Origin: Bacillota bacterium
GTDB lineage: Bacteria; Bacillota; Ch66; Ch109
Assembly: GCA_050952625.1 (NCBI GenBank)
Contig: JBMNLH010000001.1
Span: forward strand, 384,001-448,000
Length of the DNA stretch: 64,000 nucleotides
Direction: 5' to 3'
Shown here: piece by piece, positions 1-10,049 of the stretch
Layout of the letters: the number at the start of each line of letters is the position of its first letter
Numbering within the stretch: the stretch's first letter is position 1
Translations under genes and position numbers: made by a program
The notes under the pieces: model-generated
The model's input: the letters and a program-made list of their open reading frames with translations, nothing else
Database searches by the model: none
Told to the model about the DNA's origin: nothing

Positions 1-637
1 CCTTGACATAATCGTCGGCGACATAAACCTGAATGGTCTCTTGATTATTCATAAATCTGAAGACGCCATTATTAAAATCCGTACCTGTTTCCTTGAAGAA
101 AATACCCTCATAGACAACATCATTGGTATGGTTAAAGTTTAGGCGATAAGATTCTCCCTCTTTAACTAAATAAGCGCGCACTCCCTTCTCATAACGATCT
201 TCTCTGCTTTCTAAATGTCGTGGTACAGAAACAATGTGCAGGTCAATAAAGGGAATTTCGCGCAATAGAATATTGATGATAGACCCCTTGGTAATCTCCT
301 GCCAGCGGCTTTTGGCGGTTTGGCCTAAAACGATCTGAGTGATATTCTTTTCGCGGGCTACCTCTGCAATAACCGTTGCCACGGGACGTTTTTCATTATC
401 TTTAATTATATATTCTTCTGCATTATGTTCTTGGGCAAGCTGCTGCCACCTTGTAATATAGTCAATTTTCTCTGCACTAAATTCTTCAAGGGGCAGTGGA
501 TCAATGGTAAGTATATAAAGGGGACAGTCCAACAAAGTTGCCAGCCTACATCCCCGGCGAATCAAGCGTTCACCATTAGGACCATAATATACACAGACGA
601 GAATGCTTTCATCCATATGTGTTTTAACGATTCTCAT
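1..637 (-). CDS. Universal-stress-protein / KdpD USP-like domain protein (runs off the window edge)
   Basis: Not in the ORF track. Manual translation: MRIVKTHMDESILVCVYYGPNGERLIRRG...ITQIVLGQTAKSRWQEITKGSIINILLREIPFIDLHIV. GGAGGTG RBS upstream; divergent from mrp. Confidence 0.8.
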   Translation of the reverse strand, partial: MRIVKTHMDESILVCVYYGPNGERLIRRGCRLATLLDCPLYILTIDPLPLEEFSAEKIDYITRWQQLAQEHNAEEYIIKDNEKRPVATVIAEVAREKNITQIVLGQTAKSRWQEITKGSIINILLREIPFIDLHIVSVPRHLESREDRYEKGVRAYLVKEGESYRLNFNHTNDVVYEGIFFKETGTDFNNGVFRFMNNQETIQVYVADDYVK

Positions 638-875
638 CAACTCACCTCCAGTTATATTTTTAACCTTGTCTAGGTTTTCTGCAGCAGTAATTTCTCTTAT
701 CGTTATATGATATAACATGTTTTTCATCGCTGAAAGCCCTGATAATAAAGGATTAACTTTACTAAACTCAATAACGTAGTACAACTGATTTCTGGTTTCC
801 CTTGTCAATGATTGATTCTTTAAGGATTTCAAGATACAATTTCTTTATAATCTAATCGTTGATAGGCGGTGAAGC

Positions 876-1136
876 TTGGTGTTTGTAAAAATAACTAAAG
901 CCAAGAATTACGAATACGTCAAACTGGTTGAATCCTACCGTGATGGCGATAAGGTTAAACACCGGGTTCTGTTTAACTTCGGCCGCCGTGACTTAATCAA
1001 AAATGACCAAATGTTTATTAATATAGTGAAAAAGCTTTGTGAAATTGCTGAACTGCCTTTGGCTAAACCAGGGGAAGCCCTACCTAACTGTTCGGAGGCA
1101 GCGATGCTATCCTATAGCCTAAAAGATGCTGAATAA
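876..1136 (+). pseudogene. IS1634-family transposase, N-terminal fragment
   Basis: YVKLVESYRDGDKVKHRVLFNFGR resembles the IS1634 N-terminal motif; only 86 aa, no DDE domain. Confidence 0.7.
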
Positions 1137-1252
1137 TCCAAGGGCTTGATCAGTTGAGCTGCCTAAACTAGGGATAATATAACATAATATAGCATTTAGG
1201 CTGAATGTTCAATCGAATTTAAAATTTTAATTAAAAAAGGGAGGCTGCCTTA

Positions 1253-3664
1253 TTGTTCGGGTTGTTTCTAATCATTCTTATTCCATTTTTATACGCAGTT
1301 ATTGTCCCATTTATTTTTAAGCGTATTCCGCAGCTTCATACCGGATGGTTTGTACTGCCTATACCCGTGGTGTTGTTTGTCTATCTAGTTAAGCACATCA
1401 CTCTTGTGGCAGAGGCAAGCCCCTTTATCTATACTGTCCCGTGGATTCCCTCTCTGGGAATAAACTTTACAACTTATGTAGACGGGTTAGCACTAATATT
1501 CGGGCTGATTATCTCGGGTATAGGTGCTTTGGTTACCCTGTATTCTATCTATTATTTGTCAAAAGAGCGGGAAGCCTTGGATAACTTCTATGTCTATTTA
1601 TTATTATTTATGGGCGCGATGCTCGGAGTGGTTTTTTCAGACAATATCCTTGTTTTATACTTGTTCTGGGAGCTTACAAGCATATCTTCCTTTTTATTAA
1701 TTGCTTACTGGTACCAAAGAAAAGGCTCTCGTTACGGGGCACAAAAGGCACTATTGATTACCATTTTTGGAGGATTTGCCATGCTGGCAGGCTTCCTTCT
1801 GCTTGCAAATATTACTGATACATTCAGTATTCGCGAAATGATCCTGGAGGCCGGCGAAATAACTGCCCATCCGCTGTTTTTAACCTCCATGATATTAATA
1901 CTGCTGGGGGCCTTTACGAAGTCCGCCCAGTTTCCCTTCCATATCTGGCTGCCTGATGCCATGGAGGCACCAACGCCAATTAGTGCCTATCTTCATTCAG
2001 CCACAATGGTTAAAGCCGGAATTTACCTTATTGCCCGCTTTACCCCTATCTTTGGCGGAAGTATGGAATGGTTTTGGATAGTTTCCGGAGTGGGGCTGAT
2101 AACCTTATTCTGGGGTTCATTTTCAGCGGTTAAGCAAAAGGATTTAAAAGCTATGCTGGCTTTTTCCACCATCAGTCAGCTGGGACTCATTATCTGTCTG
2201 CTTGGGTTAGGTTCAGCAGCCATGTATTATGGACCGGGCGAAAATGCTGCTCTGTATATCCCGGCGATCCTGGCAGCTATCTTTCATCTAGTTAACCATT
2301 CAACTTTTAAAGGTTGTTTATTCATGGTAGTGGGAGTTATAGACCATGAGACCGGAACTCGTGATCTTCGAAGACTGGGTGGCCTTATGGGTTTGATGCC
2401 GGTTACCTTTACCCTGGCGGTTATCGGCAGTTTTTCCATGGCGGGTCTTCCCCCATTTAACGGTTTTCTCAGCAAAGAGTTGTTCTTTAAAGGGGTGCTT
2501 AATGCTTCCCGACTGGATATTTTTCGTATGGAAACATGGGGTATGTTGTTTCCGGCTATCGCCTGGATTGCCAGTATTTTTACCTTTATCTACTGCATGA
2601 TTTTTGTTTTTAAAACATTTACGGGTAAGTATTATCCTCAGAGATTGGAAAATATTAAGCCAAAAAAGCCATGGGGAATGCTCTTCCCACCGGCAGTACT
2701 AGCCTCATTGGTGATCCTGTTTTTCTTCTTTCCAAATCCTCTGGCTCAATACCTTCTTCTGCCGGCGGTGGCCTCCGTTTTGCCTGGCTTTGCTGAAGTG
2801 GGCCTTGGGCTTGAACCGATTAAAGCTTGGCATGGTTGGACGCCTGAATTGTTTATGACTATGGGTGTTGTTGGAATTGGTGTTTTTTTGTACATTAATT
2901 TTCCTAAATGGTCCGGGATCTACGGTCGGCTTCCTGGGAAATTCAGGTTGAATTATATTTATGATAGCCTGCTGAGAATAACCGAAAAATCTTTTGACCG
3001 AATAACTCGAGGGTATATGACCGGATTTCTCCGTGACTATCTATTTTACATTTTTGCTTTCTTTGTCCTTGTGCTGGCTGGAGTAATGTTCGTGTTGAAA
3101 AGCTTTGCGTTTAACCCTGCCCTCAATAATTCTATAAGCATATACGAGGTCGTTTTAGCTCTTGCTATGGTTGGAGCTGCTTTGATGATCTTATTCAGCC
3201 GCACTAAGCTGGTTGCCATTATAAGCCTGGGGATAATGGGTTATCTTGTCGCCATGTTTTTTGTGGTTTTTAGGGCCCCGGATCTAGCCTTAACCCAATT
3301 GGTTGTGGAAACAGTAACTACCGTCCTGTTTTTACTGTGTTTTTATTTCCTGCCGGAGCTAACACCGGAGATAGGGAAAATAGGTTTTAACGCAGCCAAT
3401 ATGGCAGTAGCCCTTGGGGTTGGCCTCCTTGTGACAGCCATGGCTATTTCTGCTCAAAGCAATCGTTTTTTTGCACCCATCTCTTGGTTTTTTGAGAATT
3501 CCCATGAATTGGCGGGAGCAAAGAACATAGTCAATGCCATTCTTGTTGATTTTCGTGGATTTGATACGATGCTCGAAATCCTTGTTTTTTGCATTGCGGG
3601 AATAGGTGTCTATACATTGATAAAACTGTGTTTAACGGAGGGGGAGCGCAATGAAAACAAATGA
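1253..3664 (+). CDS. mrpA: Na+/H+ antiporter subunit A
   Basis: 803-aa membrane protein with TKSAQFPFHIWLPDAMEAPTPISAYLHSATMVKAG and DFRGFDT motifs. Confidence 0.97.
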   Translation: MFGLFLIILIPFLYAVIVPFIFKRIPQLHTGWFVLPIPVVLFVYLVKHITLVAEASPFIYTVPWIPSLGINFTTYVDGLALIFGLIISGIGALVTLYSIYYLSKEREALDNFYVYLLLFMGAMLGVVFSDNILVLYLFWELTSISSFLLIAYWYQRKGSRYGAQKALLITIFGGFAMLAGFLLLANITDTFSIREMILEAGEITAHPLFLTSMILILLGAFTKSAQFPFHIWLPDAMEAPTPISAYLHSATMVKAGIYLIARFTPIFGGSMEWFWIVSGVGLITLFWGSFSAVKQKDLKAMLAFSTISQLGLIICLLGLGSAAMYYGPGENAALYIPAILAAIFHLVNHSTFKGCLFMVVGVIDHETGTRDLRRLGGLMGLMPVTFTLAVIGSFSMAGLPPFNGFLSKELFFKGVLNASRLDIFRMETWGMLFPAIAWIASIFTFIYCMIFVFKTFTGKYYPQRLENIKPKKPWGMLFPPAVLASLVILFFFFPNPLAQYLLLPAVASVLPGFAEVGLGLEPIKAWHGWTPELFMTMGVVGIGVFLYINFPKWSGIYGRLPGKFRLNYIYDSLLRITEKSFDRITRGYMTGFLRDYLFYIFAFFVLVLAGVMFVLKSFAFNPALNNSISIYEVVLALAMVGAALMILFSRTKLVAIISLGIMGYLVAMFFVVFRAPDLALTQLVVETVTTVLFLLCFYFLPELTPEIGKIGFNAANMAVALGVGLLVTAMAISAQSNRFFAPISWFFENSHELAGAKNIVNAILVDFRGFDTMLEILVFCIAGIGVYTLIKLCLTEGERNENK

Positions 3665-4091
3665 TGTGATTTTGCAAACGGTAACAAAGGTTGCTACCTT
3701 TATTATTTTAACCTTTTCCGTATACCTTTTTTTAGCGGGTCATCACAATCCCGGAGGGGGATTTATCGGTGGATTGGTGGTAGCTTCAGCCATTACCCTG
3801 CTATTTTTGGCTTATGATGTTAAAACAGTACGGGCGGGTTTACCTCCCGTAGATTTTAAGATTCTGGCAATTGCCGGTGTTTTGCTTGCAGTTATAACCG
3901 GAATGGGATCTTTTGTCTTTGGCAAACCCTTTTTAAGTCATGCCTTTGGCGAACTCGATCTGCCGTTTTTTGGGAATACTGAATTTGCCACATCAGTCAT
4001 TTTTGATGTTGGGGTAGCGTTGGCGGTTTTTGGAACAGCCCTGTCAATTATTTATACCATAAGTGAGGATATGTGCATATGGAGACGTTAA
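3651..4091 (+). CDS. mrpB: Na+/H+ antiporter subunit B
   Basis: GHHNPGGGFIGGL motif; overlaps the mrpA stop. Confidence 0.95.
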   Translation: MKTNDVILQTVTKVATFIILTFSVYLFLAGHHNPGGGFIGGLVVASAITLLFLAYDVKTVRAGLPPVDFKILAIAGVLLAVITGMGSFVFGKPFLSHAFGELDLPFFGNTEFATSVIFDVGVALAVFGTALSIIYTISEDMCIWRR

Positions 4092-4417
4092 TGGCCGTAA
4101 TCATTGGCATTCTTTTTTCGATAGGTGCATACCTTATTCTTTCTAAAAGCCTGCTGAGAATTATTTTGGGATCTTCCGTTATAGCCCATGGCACGCACCT
4201 TTTGATAATTACAATGGGTGGGTTAAAAACAGGCGGACCGCCTATATTAGGCGGAAGGGCTGATTCCTATACCGATCCTCTTCCGCAAGCACTTATTCTT
4301 ACGGCGATTGTCATTAACTTTGCCTTAACTGCCTTTTTATTGGTGTTGGCTTACCGATCTTATGCAAAGTTAGGCACAGATAACATGGATCAACTGAGAG
4401 GTATCAATGATGAATAA
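4079..4417 (+). CDS. mrpC: Na+/H+ antiporter subunit C
   Basis: DPLPQALILTAIVI motif. Confidence 0.95.
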   Translation: METLMAVIIGILFSIGAYLILSKSLLRIILGSSVIAHGTHLLIITMGGLKTGGPPILGGRADSYTDPLPQALILTAIVINFALTAFLLVLAYRSYAKLGTDNMDQLRGINDE

Positions 4418-5909
4418 TCTTGTTGTTCTTCCATTGCTTATACCACTGCTGGCCGGACTTATTATGGTAATGTTTAGAAAAAATATTCCCTTTCACCGAT
4501 GGTTTAGCCTTTTTTCTTTTTCTCTAACCTTTGCTGTTTCTCTTTATCTGATTCATCAGGTATCTATTGAAGGAATTCAAATTTTAGAGCTTGGGGGGTG
4601 GCCGGCTCCCTTTGGAATTGTGCTGGTTGTGGATATGCTTTCGGCACTTCTTCTGACGACTACCAGTTTTGTCGGTATTGCTTGTATTTTATTTGCCTTT
4701 AAATCTATTGGTGAAGAACGAGAGCAATTCTATTTTTATCCATTGTTCCAATTCCTTATTACAGGAGTAAACGGTTCATTTTTAACAGGCGACCTGTTTA
4801 ATCTCTTTGTCTGTTTTGAGGTGATGCTCATTTCGTCTTATGTGCTGCTTTCGCTGGGAGGAACCAGGATTCAATTTAGGGAAACCATCAAATATGTTGT
4901 AATCAATTCCCTTTCTTCAACCCTCTTTCTGGTAGCAGTAGCTTATTTATATGCGTCTGTCGGCACGCTGAATATAGCCCATCTCTCGATCCGCGTTGCA
5001 GAAGCCGGGCAGACCGGTTTTATGACGACTATTGCCATACTCTTTTTAACCGTCTTTAGTTTAAAGGCAGCCCTTTTTCTTTTTTTCTGGCTTCCGGGAT
5101 CTTATAGTGCTGCGCCGACAGCTATTGCCGCTGTCTTCGGAGCACTTTTGACTAAAGTTGGTATTTATGCAATTTTTCGTATGTTTTACCTGGTTTTTTA
5201 CCACCAGCCTGAGATTACCCATGCGCTGATGGGCGTGATGGCAGCCTTGACTATGCTGTTGGGAGGAATTGGTGCGGTTGCCCATTGGGACATTCGCAAT
5301 ATACTGGCTTACAACGTAATTATCGGTGTGGGCTTTATTGTATCGGGATTGGCGGTTTTTACCTATGTAGCCTTAATAGGTGTCATTTATTACATTATTC
5401 ATGATATGGTCATGAAAGCACTTTTATTTCTCCTAGGCGGAACCATGATTAGAATTGTTGGGACAAGTAAACTAAAGGAAATGAGCGGACTTATCCGCAA
5501 TCATCCATTATTAGGCTGGTTGTTTTTTATAGCTGCTTTTTCCTTGGCCGGAGTTCCTCCACTAAGTGGGTTCATCGGGAAAATTTTGATTATCCAAGAA
5601 GGGTTGGCCAAGGGTGCAGCTAATGCCGGTTTTTACTGGTTGGCCGCAATTGGCCTATTATCCAGCTTAATGATTATTTATTCGCTAATGAAGATATTCA
5701 TCAATGGTTTTTGGGGAGAAACCTTCCTTACTCGGAATATGGAAAAAGGAAGCACGAAGGGGCTGCTGCTTCCCTGTGTGCTTTTGACAACTGTTGGAAT
5801 TCTTTGGGGAGTTGGGGCAGAAATCTTTTATCCGGTTATTGAACAGGCGGCCAAGAGCATGTTGAATCCTAATTTTTATATTGAAGCTGTTTTGCGTGAG
5901 GTGGTTTAA
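4407..5909 (+). CDS. mrpD: Na+/H+ antiporter subunit D
   Basis: FLTGDLFNLFVCFEVML and GVPPLSGFIGK motifs. Confidence 0.96.
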   Translation: MMNNLVVLPLLIPLLAGLIMVMFRKNIPFHRWFSLFSFSLTFAVSLYLIHQVSIEGIQILELGGWPAPFGIVLVVDMLSALLLTTTSFVGIACILFAFKSIGEEREQFYFYPLFQFLITGVNGSFLTGDLFNLFVCFEVMLISSYVLLSLGGTRIQFRETIKYVVINSLSSTLFLVAVAYLYASVGTLNIAHLSIRVAEAGQTGFMTTIAILFLTVFSLKAALFLFFWLPGSYSAAPTAIAAVFGALLTKVGIYAIFRMFYLVFYHQPEITHALMGVMAALTMLLGGIGAVAHWDIRNILAYNVIIGVGFIVSGLAVFTYVALIGVIYYIIHDMVMKALLFLLGGTMIRIVGTSKLKEMSGLIRNHPLLGWLFFIAAFSLAGVPPLSGFIGKILIIQEGLAKGAANAGFYWLAAIGLLSSLMIIYSLMKIFINGFWGETFLTRNMEKGSTKGLLLPCVLLTTVGILWGVGAEIFYPVIEQAAKSMLNPNFYIEAVLREVV

Positions 5910-6392
5910 TTGTCCATCCAATTGGTATTAAATATCTTTATCGCTTTTCTCTGGATGCTGCTCAATGATGGGTGGAGCAGCCTTGATTTCTTAATTGGCT
6001 ATATAATAGGATTAGGTCTAATTTTTATCATGAGACATTTTTTTCCAACACCTTTCTATCTTAGAAAGCTCTGGGCCGTGGTCAAATTTATGGTTGTAGT
6101 TACCAGAGAGCTTATATTATCCAGCATTTTTGTGATTCGATTAGTCGTTAGCCCGCGGTTAACTTTTGCACCGGGTATTTTTTCATTAGAAACAAAGTTA
6201 GAAGGCGACTGGGAAATTACGGTCTTGTCCCTGCTCATTACACTTACCCCAGGCTCGGTGGTGATGGAAGTTTCACCTGAGGGAAAAATTCTTTATGTCC
6301 ATGCTATAGATATACCTGACGCAAAGCGTACGGTTATCAAATCAATCCACGCCTTTGAAAAGGCTATTATGGAGGTGACTCGTGATGTTTAA
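5910..6392 (+). CDS. mrpE: Na+/H+ antiporter subunit E
   Basis: LITLTPGS and LYVHAID motifs. Confidence 0.95.
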   Translation: MSIQLVLNIFIAFLWMLLNDGWSSLDFLIGYIIGLGLIFIMRHFFPTPFYLRKLWAVVKFMVVVTRELILSSIFVIRLVVSPRLTFAPGIFSLETKLEGDWEITVLSLLITLTPGSVVMEVSPEGKILYVHAIDIPDAKRTVIKSIHAFEKAIMEVTRDV

Positions 6393-6669
6393 AATTCTCT
6401 TGCTGGCCTCGATGTTTTTAATTGCTGTTTCCATTGCAATTTTCCTGTATCGGGCGATAATAGGCCCATCCATTCCGGATCGTATAATTGTAATGGATGC
6501 TATCGGGGTTAACCTGATTGCTATCATGGCCATTTTATCCATTATATTGAGAACATATGCTTTTTTTGAGGTAATTCTTTTGTTTGGCATTTTATCTTTC
6601 ATTGGTACAGTTGCCTTTTCCAAGTATATTGAGAAAGGGGCTTTGGTTGACTATGAGCTTGATAGGTGA
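6385..6669 (+). CDS. mrpF: Na+/H+ antiporter subunit F
   Basis: GPSIPDRIIVMD motif; operon position. Confidence 0.94.
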   Translation: MFKILLLASMFLIAVSIAIFLYRAIIGPSIPDRIIVMDAIGVNLIAIMAILSIILRTYAFFEVILLFGILSFIGTVAFSKYIEKGALVDYELDR

Positions 6670-7048
6670 AATCTTGGCAGTTAGTTTCATCATTATAGGG
6701 GCTGTGGTATGTTTTTTAAGTGCTATTGGGGCACTGCGTTTTCCAGATGTTTACACAAGATCACACGCAGCTTCTAAAAGTGTCGCGTTAGGGGTTCTTT
6801 GTGTTTTATCAGGAGCATTCTTTTATTTTGCGTTTGTTGACGGTTTTGTCAGTATCCGTTTGCTGTTAGGGATTTTCTTTATATTTTTAACTGCACCGGT
6901 CGGAGCACATGTAGTTTGTCGTGCTGCCTATCGTTCTGGGGTAAAGCTTTCTGAAACGAGCTGTCAAGATGACTTACGCAGCCACGGGGACGGTTCTTCC
7001 GGCCGGCTGCGGCCACGGGGACGCGGCTCCCTTTTGAAGCCACATTAA
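6653..7048 (+). CDS. mrpG: Na+/H+ antiporter subunit G
   Basis: RFPDVYTRSHAASK and FLTAPVGAH motifs; C-terminal tail reads through REP-like repeats. Confidence 0.93.
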   Translation: MSLIGEILAVSFIIIGAVVCFLSAIGALRFPDVYTRSHAASKSVALGVLCVLSGAFFYFAFVDGFVSIRLLLGIFFIFLTAPVGAHVVCRAAYRSGVKLSETSCQDDLRSHGDGSSGRLRPRGRGSLLKPH

Positions 7049-7274
7049 AACCCACTAACCTCAAATATCAGGTATTAACCTCTTGCGGCAGAGATCGCTA
7101 CGGCGAAAAGCAAATGCTACCAGCCTGTGACATCAGGCATCAACAACCTCTTACAGCAGAGATAGCGTTTTTCCATTGTGCCGGGTAAAGTTTAATCACC
7201 GAGCGGCAGTTACGAACCCACGCGGTCAACTTCCCGGGCCGCAATTCTTGCTCCACCAACCAGGTTTACCGAAA

Positions 7275-7376
7275 CGTGCCGTAAAGCCCCTGCCTTTAGG
7301 CATGGGGATATAAGGCACGGCGGCCAATAGGCCGCAATTTTATTGGTAATATAACCCCCATTCTTATATGGGGGTC
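7275..7376. mobile_element. IS200/IS605-type terminal hairpin remnant
   Basis: CGTGCC-GTAAAGCCCCTGCCTTTAGGCATGGGGATATAA-GGCACG, followed by an ACCCCCATTCTTATATGGGGGT hairpin; no transposase nearby. Confidence 0.55.
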
Positions 7377-7480
7377 TTTCGGAAAATTTCAGTTGAGAAC
7401 AGCCTCACTGAAACTGTGCTATTAGCGAAATTGTGCTCTCAGCTTCAGGTAACCGATTCCACTTCAACCTGGCTGCAATT

Positions 7481-8137
7481 TTATCTGTTTTTTCGCCGAT
7501 CGGTTCCGGTCAGAATCAGAAATAAAAACAGCCCGACTCCTATCAAGGAAAAAACCATTAAAGATGCAACAGCAATATACATTTCACCGGTTGAATAACG
7601 GGAAGCTATACCTGTAAAAACTGCAAAAAGCAGGAAACCTATTGATAAAGCATAAAGACCGGCTCGGATTTTGTTCATGGCATATTTTTTGGATGTTTCC
7701 CTTGTCAATAAACTATAAGTGATTAACGTCCCGCCAGCAACAATGAATATTCCGTTACCGGTAATAGCTAATGCATCTTGAGGCATAAAATACAGCATTG
7801 TCGCCGTAAATATCCCAAATAACACCAGCAGAACTCCAGCAATAATTCCTGCCGTTGAAATACGTGCAGTCATCGTAGAATAGACGGAGAGTTTTGCGTT
7901 ATCCTGGCTAATTATCCGCATATCATCAACCAGTCCCCTTAGATCACCCATCGATATAACAGCTTCTTTAAAAGCTTGCTCATCATCCATACCTCGGGAT
8001 TTATAATCTGCAATTTTTTCTTTCATGTTAGTGGTGAGTTCTTCTTTAAGCTCAAATAGCTGTTGACTTGCTCCAACATCAGAAAAGAGAGCATCAAAGT
8101 GTTTTCTCACTTTACGGTCAATAAGATTATTAGTCAT
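7481..8137 (-). CDS. Membrane protein with permease-prefix domain (PadR partner)
   Basis: ELKEEL...EQAFKEAVISMGD N-terminus followed by about 4 TM helices; overlaps padR. Confidence 0.8.
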   Translation of the reverse strand: MTNNLIDRKVRKHFDALFSDVGASQQLFELKEELTTNMKEKIADYKSRGMDDEQAFKEAVISMGDLRGLVDDMRIISQDNAKLSVYSTMTARISTAGIIAGVLLVLFGIFTATMLYFMPQDALAITGNGIFIVAGGTLITYSLLTRETSKKYAMNKIRAGLYALSIGFLLFAVFTGIASRYSTGEMYIAVASLMVFSLIGVGLFLFLILTGTDRRKNR

Positions 8138-8477
8138 TATTAAGACCCCCTTTGATTAATTTATCGAGAATTTCCTTGGCAAAGTTCCAATCCTTTTTGT
8201 ATTGCTCATATTGTTTTTTTCCCTCTTCGGTAATTCGATAGTACTTGCGGCGGCCTCCTTGGGTTTCATCCCCCCAATAGGAGATGATATGTCCCTCCTG
8301 TTCCAGACGGCGAAAAGCTGTGTATAAGGTTGCTTCTTTCAATTCATACTGGTTATCGCTCAAAGCGATAATTTTCTTGTATATTTCGTATCCATAGCTA
8401 TCACCTTGTCGTAAAATGTTTAAGATGATCGTATTGGTGTTTCCCCGGATAAGATCAGTCGAAATTGTAGCACTCAT
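8130..8477 (-). CDS. PadR-family transcriptional regulator
   Basis: YGYEI...EATLYTAFRRLE...RRKYYRIT motif. Confidence 0.92.
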   Translation of the reverse strand: MSATISTDLIRGNTNTIILNILRQGDSYGYEIYKKIIALSDNQYELKEATLYTAFRRLEQEGHIISYWGDETQGGRRKYYRITEEGKKQYEQYKKDWNFAKEILDKLIKGGLNND

Positions 8478-8693
8478 AACTCCTCACCTCCCGAAATATA
8501 TTTTATAAAATATTACTATGTCTGTCAAGGTAATGTGTCATAAGAACTATTTTGTTATACAGGATAATAACTTTGTCCATGGTAGCAATGTTAAAGGGGA
8601 ACCTCAGGACAATGTATCCGTGAGTCACCTTACTCATTCTTGCCCCATATAATTATTTAGTAATAATTTACTAATAATTAGGAAATTGGGGAG

Positions 8694-9128
8694 GTGTTTT
8701 TTGTGCAATATTATTACGGGAATAAAACTCCGCTAAGTGTGTTGGATGAAATAGAGTTTTGGAAGCATCAAGAAGGTGAGCATACGGTAGTCATCCGCCA
8801 AATTGCCGGAAACCTCGAAGAAAATTTTGTGGAGGAACTTAAAGAATGGGAACAGGCATTTGCTCAAACGGAAGCAGTGGCGGTCCGTTATATTGAAGCA
8901 GTAATTAGATCGAAGAGAGAAATTAGCCCTGCCTTATTAGAAAACATTAGAAAGTTCACGGTTTATGCCAAAAATCAGAGCTTGAGCTTTGTCGCTTTTT
9001 TAAACCAACTGGCCGCGGAAAGTGAAGCAATACGCAATAATCCCGTAGCCGGAGCAGTAATTAATCATATCCGTCGGGAATCTGAATATCTAATCGGCAT
9101 CATTACGGCAGCCCTGAATTACTTTTAA
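8694..9128 (+). CDS. DUF2935-like protein
   Basis: EIEFWKHQEGEH and NHIRRESEY motifs; GGGAGG RBS. Confidence 0.75.
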   Translation: MFFVQYYYGNKTPLSVLDEIEFWKHQEGEHTVVIRQIAGNLEENFVEELKEWEQAFAQTEAVAVRYIEAVIRSKREISPALLENIRKFTVYAKNQSLSFVAFLNQLAAESEAIRNNPVAGAVINHIRRESEYLIGIITAALNYF

Positions 9129-9151
9129 GGTGTTCCTTTGGTTAAACCAGT

Positions 9152-9895
9152 TCACTTGAACAAATACCTCGCGGCTAAGTTTGGGTAGGCGGACCCCGAC
9201 CCCGTTATCTGCCACACGTGGTTTGGTTTGTGCAGGGTAAGCTCTAAAATATCTCCTGTTTGAATCAAAGGCCAGGCTAGGGCGGGTATTTGGACCGGGG
9301 ATACCGGCCCCATATTGTGAAGATCGTAAAAACTGCAACAATAGCCAGGATCAAGGCAACCTGGTTCCGGCAAATTCTCGACCGGTGGATTGACCGCCGG
9401 TTTGTTAAGCTTACTCTTAACCTGAAACAAAGAACTGAGGACTGGTGGTACGGATAAGGGCAATAAAGGTTCGAGACGTTTTTTGGGTATCTCATCGTCT
9501 ATACTAATCCTAATCGTGTGAGCAAGCTGCAGCAAGCGGGGGAGCATTGGCTGCAGGGATTCAATAGCCTGTTTTAATTCCGCATCAAACTCTAACAGAT
9601 CCTGCTTGGCAAACCAGGCCAGTAGAAGTTTGATCCCGCTTAGATGGTCAAGAGCATCTGCCGGACTTTTCTCCCCAACCTTGCGCAGGTACCAGAAAGA
9701 GAAGTACTCTTCAAAATGGCTGATGGTTAGTTCTTCGACCAGGTCGAGGTTAGCAAATTCGATAGCGTAGATTTCAAACCAGCCCAGGATCTGACCTAAA
9801 CGGCCCGGGTCGAGTACTGGCTTTTCCTGGTTAAGCTTGTTATAATCTTCGACTGTCTGTTCAAAGAACTTTCTTAATGCCAAAGGTATATCCAT
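9152..9895 (-). CDS. Hypothetical protein
   Basis: 247-aa ORF with GGAGGG RBS; helical N-terminus (FSFWYLRK). Confidence 0.65.
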   Translation of the reverse strand: MDIPLALRKFFEQTVEDYNKLNQEKPVLDPGRLGQILGWFEIYAIEFANLDLVEELTISHFEEYFSFWYLRKVGEKSPADALDHLSGIKLLLAWFAKQDLLEFDAELKQAIESLQPMLPRLLQLAHTIRISIDDEIPKKRLEPLLPLSVPPVLSSLFQVKSKLNKPAVNPPVENLPEPGCLDPGYCCSFYDLHNMGPVSPVQIPALAWPLIQTGDILELTLHKPNHVWQITGSGSAYPNLAARYLFK

Positions 9896-9948
9896 TATCG
9901 TGAATCCCTCCGGGTACTAGGGAAGACAGGGATTGATCTGATTCGAAA

Positions 9949-10049
9949 GACGCCCATTTCTATTTAAGTAGGTGTTACCTTGTTTAAACTTCAGGTGGAG
10001 TATAGTCTTCAAATCAAGCCTTGCTGTTTAGTAAAACTGAACAAGTTCA
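9949..10049 (-). repeat. About 100-bp MITE-like repeat, copy 1
   Basis: Reverse complement TGAACTTGTTCAG...CTCCACCTGAAGTTTAAACAAGGTAAC matches 38837-38936 and 56813-56889. Confidence 0.75.

Noticed and set aside
425-673. 82-aa plus-strand ORF and similar short antisense ORFs across the window
   Set aside because: They overlap well-supported genes on the opposite strand and have no RBS or motifs.
7077-7166. Two 22-bp direct repeats (AACCTCTT.C.GCAGAGAT.GC) 68 bp apart as a mini-CRISPR
   Set aside because: Only two imperfect copies, with no third unit and no cas genes nearby.
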